Translations under genes and position numbers: made by a program
Part shown: positions 26,347-34,669 of the stretch, one piece after another
How the letters are laid out: the number at the start of each line of letters is the position of its first letter
Position numbering within the stretch: position 1 is the stretch's first letter
Origin: an uncultured Alphaproteobacteria bacterium
GTDB lineage: Bacteria > Pseudomonadota > Alphaproteobacteria > HIMB59 > GCA-002718135
Direction of reading: 5' to 3'
Length of the DNA stretch: 64,000 nucleotides
Assembly: GCA_902570155.1 (NCBI GenBank)
Contig: CACFXU010000006.1
Location: 7,215 to 71,214 of the forward strand
Notes under the pieces: generated by a model
Told to the model about the DNA's origin: nothing
The model's input: only the letters and a program-made list of their open reading frames with translations
The model's database searches: none

Positions 26347-27135
26347 ATGCATGAATTTCAAAATAAATGGTTAAATCTTAGAGAAACTGTCGATAGAAAG
26401 TCAAGAAACAAAAGAATACTATATTTAATTAATAAATTTTTTAAAAATAAAAAAAATATTAGAATAATTGACTTAGGTTCAGGTGCTGGATCTAATTATA
26501 GATTTCTTAAGTCACAATTATTAAATAATCAATATTGGTCTTTTGTAGACATATCACATCAATCAACAAATTATTTTAAAAAAAATATAAAATTATCATC
26601 TAAAATAAAAAAAACTAATTTTAAAATTGTTGATGTAATTAATAATCTAGAAAAAATAAATTTTAATAATTATAATTTAGTCACTGGTTCTGCTTTTTTA
26701 GATATTCTTCCAAAAACATGGTTTAAAAATTTTCATAAATTAAATGTTGATACAGAAATTGTCTACTTTGCCTTAAATTATAACGGTAATTTCAAATTTT
26801 TTCCCAAACACAAGGATGATAAAAAAATTCTTAATATTTTTAATAAAGATCAAAAATCTGACAAAGGAATAGGGGAAGTGGCCGTTGGACCAGATTGCAC
26901 TGAATTAATAAATAATGTATTTGAAAGAACCCACAAAACATATGTTTTAGACTCTACATGGGATGTTAGTAAAAATTATGAATTTCAAATTTATTTCTTA
27001 AATTTTTGTAGAGAAATTATTCAAAAAAATAAACTTAACTTTGATGATTGGTTAAAATTTCGTTTAAAATGTATTAAACAAAAAAATTCTAAATTTATTT
27101 TAAATAATACAGATTTTTTAGCTATTAAGAAATAA
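26347..27135 (+). CDS. Class I SAM-dependent methyltransferase
   Basis: 262 aa. Motif I IIDLGSGAGSN. Confidence 0.65.
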   Translation: MHEFQNKWLNLRETVDRKSRNKRILYLINKFFKNKKNIRIIDLGSGAGSNYRFLKSQLLNNQYWSFVDISHQSTNYFKKNIKLSSKIKKTNFKIVDVINNLEKINFNNYNLVTGSAFLDILPKTWFKNFHKLNVDTEIVYFALNYNGNFKFFPKHKDDKKILNIFNKDQKSDKGIGEVAVGPDCTELINNVFERTHKTYVLDSTWDVSKNYEFQIYFLNFCREIIQKNKLNFDDWLKFRLKCIKQKNSKFILNNTDFLAIKK

Positions 27136-27951
27136 ATTAACTATAATTTCATTTTCTAATTCATTAAAATTATGTTTTGGTCTGATAGCTTTATTGAGAT
27201 TTGAGATTTCTTTTAAATTTAATGAATTAATTCCGGAACCTATTAATATTGGGGCAATCATAAATTGAAGAATATCAATATATTTATTATTTATTAATTC
27301 TGAAATAGTTTTTGACCCTCCCTCTACTAAAATATTTTTATATTTAAGTTTTTTTATTTGCGTAATTAAGTTTTTAGTAAAATTTTTTTCTTTTAATCTT
27401 ATTATTGTTGAATTATTCAATCTAATTTTTTTATTACTTTTTGTAAAAATTATATTTTCATTACCGTCATTAAATATTTTATATTTATTATTTAGCGAAA
27501 GACTACCATCGATAATAATTCTTTTTGGATTTGTGCCCTTTATTTTTCTTGTTGTTAATAGGGGATCGTCTTTTTTAATGGTATTTGAACCTACAATAAT
27601 TGCATCACTGATACTTCGTAAACAATGTAGATAAATAATACTCTTGGGGTTATTTATGTAATGTGAATTACCATTATTTAACGCAATTCTACCATCAATA
27701 CTTTGTCCTATCTGAGCTATTACTAATTTTTCGTTTTTTCTTAGTATTGGGACAAGGATATTTAAGATTGATTGATAAAATTTACTTATATTAATTTTAG
27801 TTTCCAGATTATTATTTACTATGTAAAAGTTACTATTTCTTTTTGATGATAAAGAAATACTATTCTTTTTAACCAATAAATATAGATCACTATTCTTTTT
27901 AGAATTTTTTATAAAATCCAGTAAAATTCCTATATTTTTTGATGTAATCAT
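27118..27951 (-). CDS. RibD C-terminal-domain (pyrimidine reductase-like) protein without deaminase domain
   Basis: 277 aa. AQIGQSIDGRIA, AIIVGSNTIKKDDPLLT, RIIIDGSL and LVEGGSKT match the RibD_C/DHFR-like reductase fold. The roughly 75-aa N-terminal extension has no HAE...PCxxC deaminase motif. Confidence 0.75.
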   Translation of the reverse strand: MITSKNIGILLDFIKNSKKNSDLYLLVKKNSISLSSKRNSNFYIVNNNLETKINISKFYQSILNILVPILRKNEKLVIAQIGQSIDGRIALNNGNSHYINNPKSIIYLHCLRSISDAIIVGSNTIKKDDPLLTTRKIKGTNPKRIIIDGSLSLNNKYKIFNDGNENIIFTKSNKKIRLNNSTIIRLKEKNFTKNLITQIKKLKYKNILVEGGSKTISELINNKYIDILQFMIAPILIGSGINSLNLKEISNLNKAIRPKHNFNELENEIIVNLFLNS

Positions 27952-27987
27952 TTGTTTTTATTACAATTATATCTATATAAAGTCTTC

Positions 27988-29109
27988 ATGAGTTTCAAAT
28001 CTAATACAGGAACTATAATAGATAGGGCAATTAATGAACTCAGGACCGGAAGACCCTTAATAATTCAGAATAACAAGGAATATTGGATATTCTTTAATAT
28101 AGAGCATTCCCAAAGTAAAATTTTTAACCAATTCAATAAGCACTTAATTGATGAAAAATATCTACTTATTACTAAACAAAAAGCTCAATCAATTTTTAAT
28201 AAGAATATTAAAAGTAATGTTTATTTTGAGATAAACCCTAAAACAGATGTAAATCAAATAATAAATTTATTTGTTAATCCTCTTAGTAATAATAAAGTAA
28301 TTAAATTTACCAATATTAAAAAATTCAAAGCTAAAAATTTTCATAATGTTTGTATTGATCTTTCCAAAAATGCTAAAATGATACCATCGCTAGTTTTTAA
28401 AAAAATTAATAAAAAATATTACAAAAATATAAATGAATTTGGATTTAAGAATGGAATTTTAATATTCGATTACAAAGATTTATTGAAGCAAAATGAATTA
28501 ATTTGTGAAAGTATCAAATTAGTTTCTAGTGCAAAAGTTCCACTACCAAAAAATGAAAATTCTAATTTTAAAATATTCAAATCATATATTGGATCTGATA
28601 AACATGTAGCGATAATTGTTAATCCAAAAAAAATAAATAAAAAATCTGTTAATTTAAGAATACATTCAGCTTGTTTTACAGGTGATATTTTTCATTCTTT
28701 AAAATGTGATTGTGGTGAACAGTTAAATCAATCAATCAATTACATGGTTAGAAATAATGGTGGAATTATATTATATTTAGAACAAGAAGGTAGGGGAATA
28801 GGATTAGCTAATAAAATGAGGGCTTATTCTCTTCAAGCAAGGGGAATGGATACAATAGACGCCGATCATAATATTGGTTTTTTAGATGATGAAAGAGATT
28901 TTAATATTGCAGCTAGAATACTGAAATTATTAAAAATAAATAAAGTTAATCTTATTACAAATAATAAAAATAAAATAAATTCTATTAAGAAAGCTGGAAT
29001 TAAAGTCGAAAATCAAATAAATACAAAGCCAACATTGAATAAATTTAATAAAAATTATTTTAAAACAAGAGTTAAAAAAGCTGGGTACGGTCTTAAACTA
29101 GTAGTATAA
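27988..29109 (+). CDS. GTP cyclohydrolase II with an additional degenerate N-terminal domain
   Basis: The C-terminal half matches RibA: HSACFTGDIFHSLKCDCG (Cys codons at 28672, 28705, 28711), EQEGRGIGLANKMRAYSLQ (Tyr codon at 28825) and DERDF. The start is set at ATG 27988; the track ORF starts at TTG 27952. Confidence 0.85.
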   Translation: MSFKSNTGTIIDRAINELRTGRPLIIQNNKEYWIFFNIEHSQSKIFNQFNKHLIDEKYLLITKQKAQSIFNKNIKSNVYFEINPKTDVNQIINLFVNPLSNNKVIKFTNIKKFKAKNFHNVCIDLSKNAKMIPSLVFKKINKKYYKNINEFGFKNGILIFDYKDLLKQNELICESIKLVSSAKVPLPKNENSNFKIFKSYIGSDKHVAIIVNPKKINKKSVNLRIHSACFTGDIFHSLKCDCGEQLNQSINYMVRNNGGIILYLEQEGRGIGLANKMRAYSLQARGMDTIDADHNIGFLDDERDFNIAARILKLLKINKVNLITNNKNKINSIKKAGIKVENQINTKPTLNKFNKNYFKTRVKKAGYGLKLVV

Positions 29110-29111
29110 TT

Positions 29112-29555
29112 ATGAAAAAAATTCCTAAGATAAAACTTCAATTAACAAACGATAATGAGTTTGATTCATCTAAATTAAATAATAAAACAGTTTTATTCTT
29201 TTACCCTAAGGCGTTAACTGGCGGATGCTCAGTAGAAGTTGCAGATTTTCAGAAATATTTAACAAAATTTAATAAAATTGGCTTTGATGTAATAGGAGCT
29301 TCTAAAGATCCTGTTGATCGGAATAAAAAATTTTTAGATAAGTATAAATTGAAATACCCACTTGGTTCGGATGAAGGAAAAAATTGTGATAAACTTGGTA
29401 TTTGGATAGAAAAATCTATGTATGGTAGGAAATATTTTGGGATAGATAGATCTACATTTGTAATCGATAAAAATGGAAAAATTCTAAATTCTTGGAATAA
29501 AGTTAAAGTTAAAGGTCATGTTGAAGAAGTTTATAATTTTTGTAAGGATCAGTAA
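29112..29555 (+). CDS. bcp: Thiol peroxidase Bcp (peroxiredoxin)
   Basis: 147 aa. FFYPKALTGGCSVE carries the peroxidatic Cys, with GASKD following. Confidence 0.85.
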   Translation: MKKIPKIKLQLTNDNEFDSSKLNNKTVLFFYPKALTGGCSVEVADFQKYLTKFNKIGFDVIGASKDPVDRNKKFLDKYKLKYPLGSDEGKNCDKLGIWIEKSMYGRKYFGIDRSTFVIDKNGKILNSWNKVKVKGHVEEVYNFCKDQ

Positions 29556-29559
29556 ATTT

Positions 29560-30453
29560 TTATTTAATTTTACCTATTTCTTTTTCTCTTTTGATTACAA
29601 ATAAACCGCTTAATGTAATAATTATTGCACCAATAATCATGTTATAAGTTGGAGTTTCACCTAGTATTAAATACCCAAAAATCATACCAAATATAATTAC
29701 ACTGTATCTTGCAGAGGCTGTTAATGAGAGTGGTGCATAAAAAACTGTTAACACTGAAAATAAATATCCGAATAAAACAAATATACTAGAAGCAAGAATA
29801 TAATTTACGTCTTCACTGCTTACTTGATAACCAAAAATAATTGAACCCAACCCTGCAAACCCAGTAATTAATAATGCTGTCACAAATGTAATTTCAACAC
29901 TATTTGATTTAGTTGCTAAACTTTTTGTAGCAATATCTCTAATAGTTAAAAAAATAGCAGCTAAAATTGGTAACACTAAAAGATAATTAAATTGAAAATT
30001 TTGTGGATTTACAACTACTAGCACCCCTAAGAAACCAATAATAACTGCACACCATCTTCTTATACCAACTTTCTCTCCCAAAAAAAGAAAAGCAAATATT
30101 GTGACAAAGAAAGGATTAGTCATTAAAAGTGTATAAACCTCAGATATTGGAAGTAATATTAATCCAACCAAAAAAAATAATGCCGTTAAAACTTCATACA
30201 AACCTCTTATATGAAAACTTTTGATTGATAATATTTTAATTAAATTCTTTTTTTCGAAAAAAATTAAATATAAACCTAATAGACTTGATGTAACTAAACC
30301 TCTTAAAAAAATTACAGAATATAATGAATTGTCATCACCTATATTTTTTACAACAAGTTTGACATAACTATCATTTATAGAGAATGATAATTGGCCCGCC
30401 ATCATAAAAAGTACACCTATCGTCCCAACTGAAAATAAAATCTTGCTTTTCAT
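29560..30453 (-). CDS. EamA/DMT-family transporter
   Basis: 297 aa with 10 TM segments in two EamA repeats. Confidence 0.8.
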   Translation of the reverse strand: MKSKILFSVGTIGVLFMMAGQLSFSINDSYVKLVVKNIGDDNSLYSVIFLRGLVTSSLLGLYLIFFEKKNLIKILSIKSFHIRGLYEVLTALFFLVGLILLPISEVYTLLMTNPFFVTIFAFLFLGEKVGIRRWCAVIIGFLGVLVVVNPQNFQFNYLLVLPILAAIFLTIRDIATKSLATKSNSVEITFVTALLITGFAGLGSIIFGYQVSSEDVNYILASSIFVLFGYLFSVLTVFYAPLSLTASARYSVIIFGMIFGYLILGETPTYNMIIGAIIITLSGLFVIKREKEIGKIK

Positions 30454-30477
30454 AATAAAAAAAAATATTTAACTGGT

Positions 30478-31812
30478 ATGTTACAAAGAAATACTTCCAG
30501 CCATTTATATGGATTTACTGACTTGAAGTCATTAAATGAAAGAGGCCCTTTAGTTATTTCTTATGGAAAAGGAATATATGTTTACGATACTAAAGGTAAT
30601 AAATATCTAGATGGGAATTCTGGTCTATGGAATCAGTGTGCTGGTTTTGACCATCCTGGATTAATTGAAGTTGCAAAAAAACAGTATGAAAAATTTGCTG
30701 GTTATCATTCTTTATTTGGAAGATTGTCTGAAGAAACGTTGCAGCTATCTGAAAAAATTATTGAAGTATCACCTTTTGATCAAGGTCGTGTATTCTTTTG
30801 TAATTCAGGATCCGAAGCAAATGACACCATGGTCAAAATGTTATGGATGTTAAATGCAAGAATTGGAAAGCCAAATAGACGAAAAATTATAACAAGAATT
30901 AATGGATATCATGGCGTTACTTTAGGAGCTTCTTCAATGACTGCCAAACCATACAATAAAGAGTTTGGATTACCATCAAAGGAATTTATTCATATTGAAT
31001 GTCCTCATTTTTGGAAATATGGATTAGAGAATGAAACGGAAGAAGAATTTTCTCTTAGGATGGCCAAAAATTTAGAAGAAAAAATTATCAAAGAGGATCC
31101 AGAAACTATTGCAGGTTTTGTTGCAGAGCCTGTTCAAGGTGCAGGAGGTTGTATACCTCCTTCAAAATCGTATTTTGATTTAGTTCAACCTATATTAAAA
31201 AAATATAATATTCCTTTTATCGCAGATGAAGTAATTTGCGGATTTGGTAGAACTGGAAATTTATGGGGTTGTAAAACCTACAATATCAAACCAGATATAA
31301 TTATCTCATCTAAATGTTTAACTGCTGGGTATTTTCCTATGGGTGCAGTTATAGTTAATAAAGAATTTTCAGATAAATTTGTTGAAGTATCAGAAGAAGC
31401 AGAAGAATTTCCACATGGTTTTACAGCTGGTGGTCATCCTGTTGGATGTGCAATTGCTTTGAAAGCAATAGATGTAATTATGAATGAGGGTTTATTAGAT
31501 AATGTAAAGTTGATGGAACCCTATTTTTTTGAAAGATTAAATGAATTTAATGATTATGAACACATTGGAGAAACTAGAGGTATAGGTCTTATGGCTGCAT
31601 TAGAGATGGTAAAAAATAAAGATACAAAAGAACCATTTGAAGGTCATCTTAATATGGGAGATAAAGTTGCTAATTTATCAATTGATAATGGATTAATTTG
31701 CAGACCTTTAGGTCCTGCAATCGTTTTGTGTCCTCAGTTTATAATTACTAAATATCAGATTGATGAAATATTTGACTCACTTCATAAAACTATAAAACAA
31801 GTTTTTAATTAA
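30478..31812 (+). CDS. Class-III omega-amine:pyruvate aminotransferase
   Basis: 444 aa. NSGSEANDTMVKMLW, DEVICGFGRTGNLWGC, SSKCLTAGYFPMGAV and EFPHGFTAGGHPVGCAIALKAIDVIMNEGL. From memory it aligns closely along its whole length with the Vibrio fluvialis amine:pyruvate transaminase. Confidence 0.9.
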   Translation: MLQRNTSSHLYGFTDLKSLNERGPLVISYGKGIYVYDTKGNKYLDGNSGLWNQCAGFDHPGLIEVAKKQYEKFAGYHSLFGRLSEETLQLSEKIIEVSPFDQGRVFFCNSGSEANDTMVKMLWMLNARIGKPNRRKIITRINGYHGVTLGASSMTAKPYNKEFGLPSKEFIHIECPHFWKYGLENETEEEFSLRMAKNLEEKIIKEDPETIAGFVAEPVQGAGGCIPPSKSYFDLVQPILKKYNIPFIADEVICGFGRTGNLWGCKTYNIKPDIIISSKCLTAGYFPMGAVIVNKEFSDKFVEVSEEAEEFPHGFTAGGHPVGCAIALKAIDVIMNEGLLDNVKLMEPYFFERLNEFNDYEHIGETRGIGLMAALEMVKNKDTKEPFEGHLNMGDKVANLSIDNGLICRPLGPAIVLCPQFIITKYQIDEIFDSLHKTIKQVFN

Positions 31813-32108
31813 GTTTCGTATTTAACTATAAAACCTGAATACTTAACATTACTAATGATACTATTTGGAATAACTCCTTCAACTAGAGCCAGTGATGGAC
31901 CATCTTTCGCTTTTTCAGTAATAGACAGTATACTTTGCATATCTCCTTGAATAATAGCCTCAACCTCATCTTTACTTTCTTTATTTTGAATATAACCGTT
32001 TAATCCTAAAGAGATTGCTAAATCACTAAACCAATGTCTGAATCCTACTCCTTGAACTTTACCTTTAATTATTAAGCGATAAGTTTTTATTTCATTTGTA
32101 TTCATCAT
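31809..32108 (-). CDS. Acylphosphatase
   Basis: 99 aa. IKGKVQGVGFRHW is the acylphosphatase signature. Confidence 0.85.
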   Translation of the reverse strand: MMNTNEIKTYRLIIKGKVQGVGFRHWFSDLAISLGLNGYIQNKESKDEVEAIIQGDMQSILSITEKAKDGPSLALVEGVIPNSIISNVKYSGFIVKYET

Positions 32109-32161
32109 ATTAACAATATAAGTAATTTTTTATACATACAATCCTAATTTTAATTTAAAAT

Positions 32162-33037
32162 ATGTTGAATAAGCAAATAATATACTGCTCATCAGGAATA
32201 ATTTGTGGCGGTTTATTTTTTGTTATTCATGATGCAATTATTGATCATTTATCTTATTTAAATTTTAAATTTTATCATCATGTTGTTTTTGGGAGTCCAT
32301 TATTATTTCTATTATTTATATATTTAATCTTATCAGGAAATTTTAAAAAATATCTTTCATCATCAAATTATACAATCTTAATTATAAGAGGTATAATTTT
32401 TTTACCTATACCATTTATATTATTTGTAAGTTTACAAAATATTTCTTTAGCAGAATGGACAACACTAAATATGCTATCACCAATTTTAGGAATGATTTTG
32501 GCTATAATTTTTTTGAAAGAAAAAATTAATTTATTCACGGTTATTTCGATAACATTAGGGTTTATAGGTGTTTTATTTATTCTTCAGCCAGGATTTAGTA
32601 ATTTTAATATATATTACTTAGGTCCATTGTTTGGAGCTTTTACTTTGGCTTTACAAAGTTTCTTAGCCAACAAATTTTATAATATATGTTCTACTTTGGG
32701 TTTTTTTATATACGGAGTATTACCCGTTAACTTATTGTCCTTTATATTATTTTACTATGATCCTTTAATTGATTTTGAATTAATTAAATTATCTTTGTTT
32801 GCTAATTTTATTGTATTTATTGGATTTTATTGTTTTACTTATGCTCTTCAAAATTCACAGAAACATTTTTCATCTGTTTTTGGCCTATTATATTTACAAA
32901 TATTTTGGTCTTTTATAATTAGTATATTTATTTTTAATGAACATCAAAATATAATTGTAATTTTTGGAGCGTTATTCATTATTATTAGCGGTTTATTATC
33001 TCTTCAAGCTCAAAAGAAACAATTAAATGATTATTAA
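32162..33037 (+). CDS. EamA/DMT-family transporter (tandem paralogue 1)
   Basis: 291 aa, 10 TM. Alignable along its length with the next gene. Confidence 0.7.
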   Translation: MLNKQIIYCSSGIICGGLFFVIHDAIIDHLSYLNFKFYHHVVFGSPLLFLLFIYLILSGNFKKYLSSSNYTILIIRGIIFLPIPFILFVSLQNISLAEWTTLNMLSPILGMILAIIFLKEKINLFTVISITLGFIGVLFILQPGFSNFNIYYLGPLFGAFTLALQSFLANKFYNICSTLGFFIYGVLPVNLLSFILFYYDPLIDFELIKLSLFANFIVFIGFYCFTYALQNSQKHFSSVFGLLYLQIFWSFIISIFIFNEHQNIIVIFGALFIIISGLLSLQAQKKQLNDY

Positions 33038-33067
33038 TGATATTATCTAATTTAAATTATTAATTTA

Positions 33068-33946
33068 ATGAAAAAAAGTATTGTTTATTCATCGTTTTTA
33101 TTATTTTTTGCAGGGATATTTTTTGTTACAAATGATGCAATAATAAATTATTTATCTCAAACAGATGTAAAATTTTATCATTTCATTTTTTATGGAATAC
33201 CCATTTTTTTATGTTTTCCGTTTTATTTTTTAATTAATAGATCTTTAAAAAAACATATAAAATGTACTAATTATTTTCCACCTATTATTAGAGGTCTTTT
33301 AAATATACCCCTACCGTTCATAGCTTTTATAACACTTGAACAAATTAAACTTCCAGAATTTACAACCTTAAATATGACTGCACCATTAATGGGAACAATA
33401 TTTGCAATTTTTTTATTAAATGAAAAATTAAATTTTTTGACCTATGTATCTTTGTTTATTGGTTTTTTAGGAGTTTTATTTGTTATCCAACCTGGATTTG
33501 AAAGTTTTAATATTTATTATTTAATTGTCCTTATTGGAGTATTCCTAATCACCGTTACAACTTTTATTGTAAATAAATATAGTTATGTAACAACAAATGT
33601 TGGTTATTTCTTATATGGTGGTTTTTTTGTTCACTTTGTTTCAATACCCTTGTTTTTAATGAATCCATTAAAAGTAACTTTTTTTGAGTTTTTTTTAATA
33701 TCAACTGCTGCATTATTTATTAATTCAGCAATGTTTTTTGCAACAACTGCATTTAAGATTGCACAAAAACATTATGCGTCAGTATTTAGTTTAGTTTATC
33801 TTCAGGTATTGTGGTCATCATTAGTTGGAATATTTATATTTAACGAATATATGAATTTATATGCTTACATTGGAGCAGTTTTTATTGTTTTTAGTGGAAT
33901 TGTTTCATTACCATCACAAATTAAACAATTAAAGGAAGCAAATTAA
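33068..33946 (+). CDS. EamA/DMT-family transporter (tandem paralogue 2)
   Basis: 292 aa, 10 TM. Shares blocks with the previous gene (FFV.NDAII..LS....KFYH, L.EFTTLNM, GVLF(I/V)(L/I)QPGF..FNIYYL). Confidence 0.7.
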   Translation: MKKSIVYSSFLLFFAGIFFVTNDAIINYLSQTDVKFYHFIFYGIPIFLCFPFYFLINRSLKKHIKCTNYFPPIIRGLLNIPLPFIAFITLEQIKLPEFTTLNMTAPLMGTIFAIFLLNEKLNFLTYVSLFIGFLGVLFVIQPGFESFNIYYLIVLIGVFLITVTTFIVNKYSYVTTNVGYFLYGGFFVHFVSIPLFLMNPLKVTFFEFFLISTAALFINSAMFFATTAFKIAQKHYASVFSLVYLQVLWSSLVGIFIFNEYMNLYAYIGAVFIVFSGIVSLPSQIKQLKEAN

Positions 33947-34668
33947 TGTATAAAATATTTCTATTTTTATTTCTTTTCTTTTTTAGCTATAAATCTTTTT
34001 CTAACGAAGTTAAAATCTTAAATGAAACTATTGGTAATGGTTTAGAAGTAAAAAATCATTCAAAACTATCTGTTCATTACATTGGTAGACTAGAAGATAA
34101 TACTATTTTTGATAGTTCTTACGATAGAGGGCAATTTTTTGATTTTCAAATAGGCGTAAGAAAAGTAATCCTAGGTTGGGAAACTGGGTTACTTGGTATG
34201 AGAGAAGGTGGAAAAAGAACAATATTTATTCCTTATCAATTGGCTTATGGAGAAAGTGGTGCAGGTAATTTAATTCCTCCAAAATCAAATCTTATTTTTG
34301 ATATTGAAGTAATAAAAGTAATTCCCCCTGGTTATAAAGAGATAGATGGTTATCAATTAAAATTAGCGATGACTGATGATTTTAAAATTATAGATATTAG
34401 AAATGAAGATCAAGTAACTAATAAAAATATAATTCAAGGTGCCATTCAGATAGCAGCATTTGATAATAATGGGAATTTTATTCCTGATTTTTTTGAAAAG
34501 TACAAAGAAAATGTGCAAATAGGAGAGAAGGTTATTTTTATAAGTCAAAATGGAGACATATCTTCAATATTAGCTAATGGATTTGTCGAACAACTAAATC
34601 AAACAAATATTTATCACTTAAAGGGCGGTGTATCAGGTTTAGAAAAAATAAATTTTGATTTTGAGTAA
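33946..34668 (+). CDS. Secreted FKBP-type peptidyl-prolyl isomerase fused to a Cys-less rhodanese-like domain
   Basis: Signal peptide. FKBP core (VHYIGRLEDNTIFDSSYDRG, GWETGLLGMREGGKR, IPPKSNLIFDIEV). C-terminal rhodanese-like IIDIRNEDQ...VIFISQNGDISS...HLKGGV. Confidence 0.75.
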   Translation: MYKIFLFLFLFFFSYKSFSNEVKILNETIGNGLEVKNHSKLSVHYIGRLEDNTIFDSSYDRGQFFDFQIGVRKVILGWETGLLGMREGGKRTIFIPYQLAYGESGAGNLIPPKSNLIFDIEVIKVIPPGYKEIDGYQLKLAMTDDFKIIDIRNEDQVTNKNIIQGAIQIAAFDNNGNFIPDFFEKYKENVQIGEKVIFISQNGDISSILANGFVEQLNQTNIYHLKGGVSGLEKINFDFE

Positions 34669-34669
34669 A

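Noticed and set aside
27118-29109. Reading the GCH II and RibD_C genes as the normal riboflavin operon.
   Set aside because: There is no deaminase domain, no intact DHBP synthase, and no lumazine synthase, riboflavin synthase or nusB nearby. The neighbours are a glycosyltransferase, a methyltransferase, a T-fold protein and a creatininase-fold protein. This remains possible if the genome has no other rib genes.
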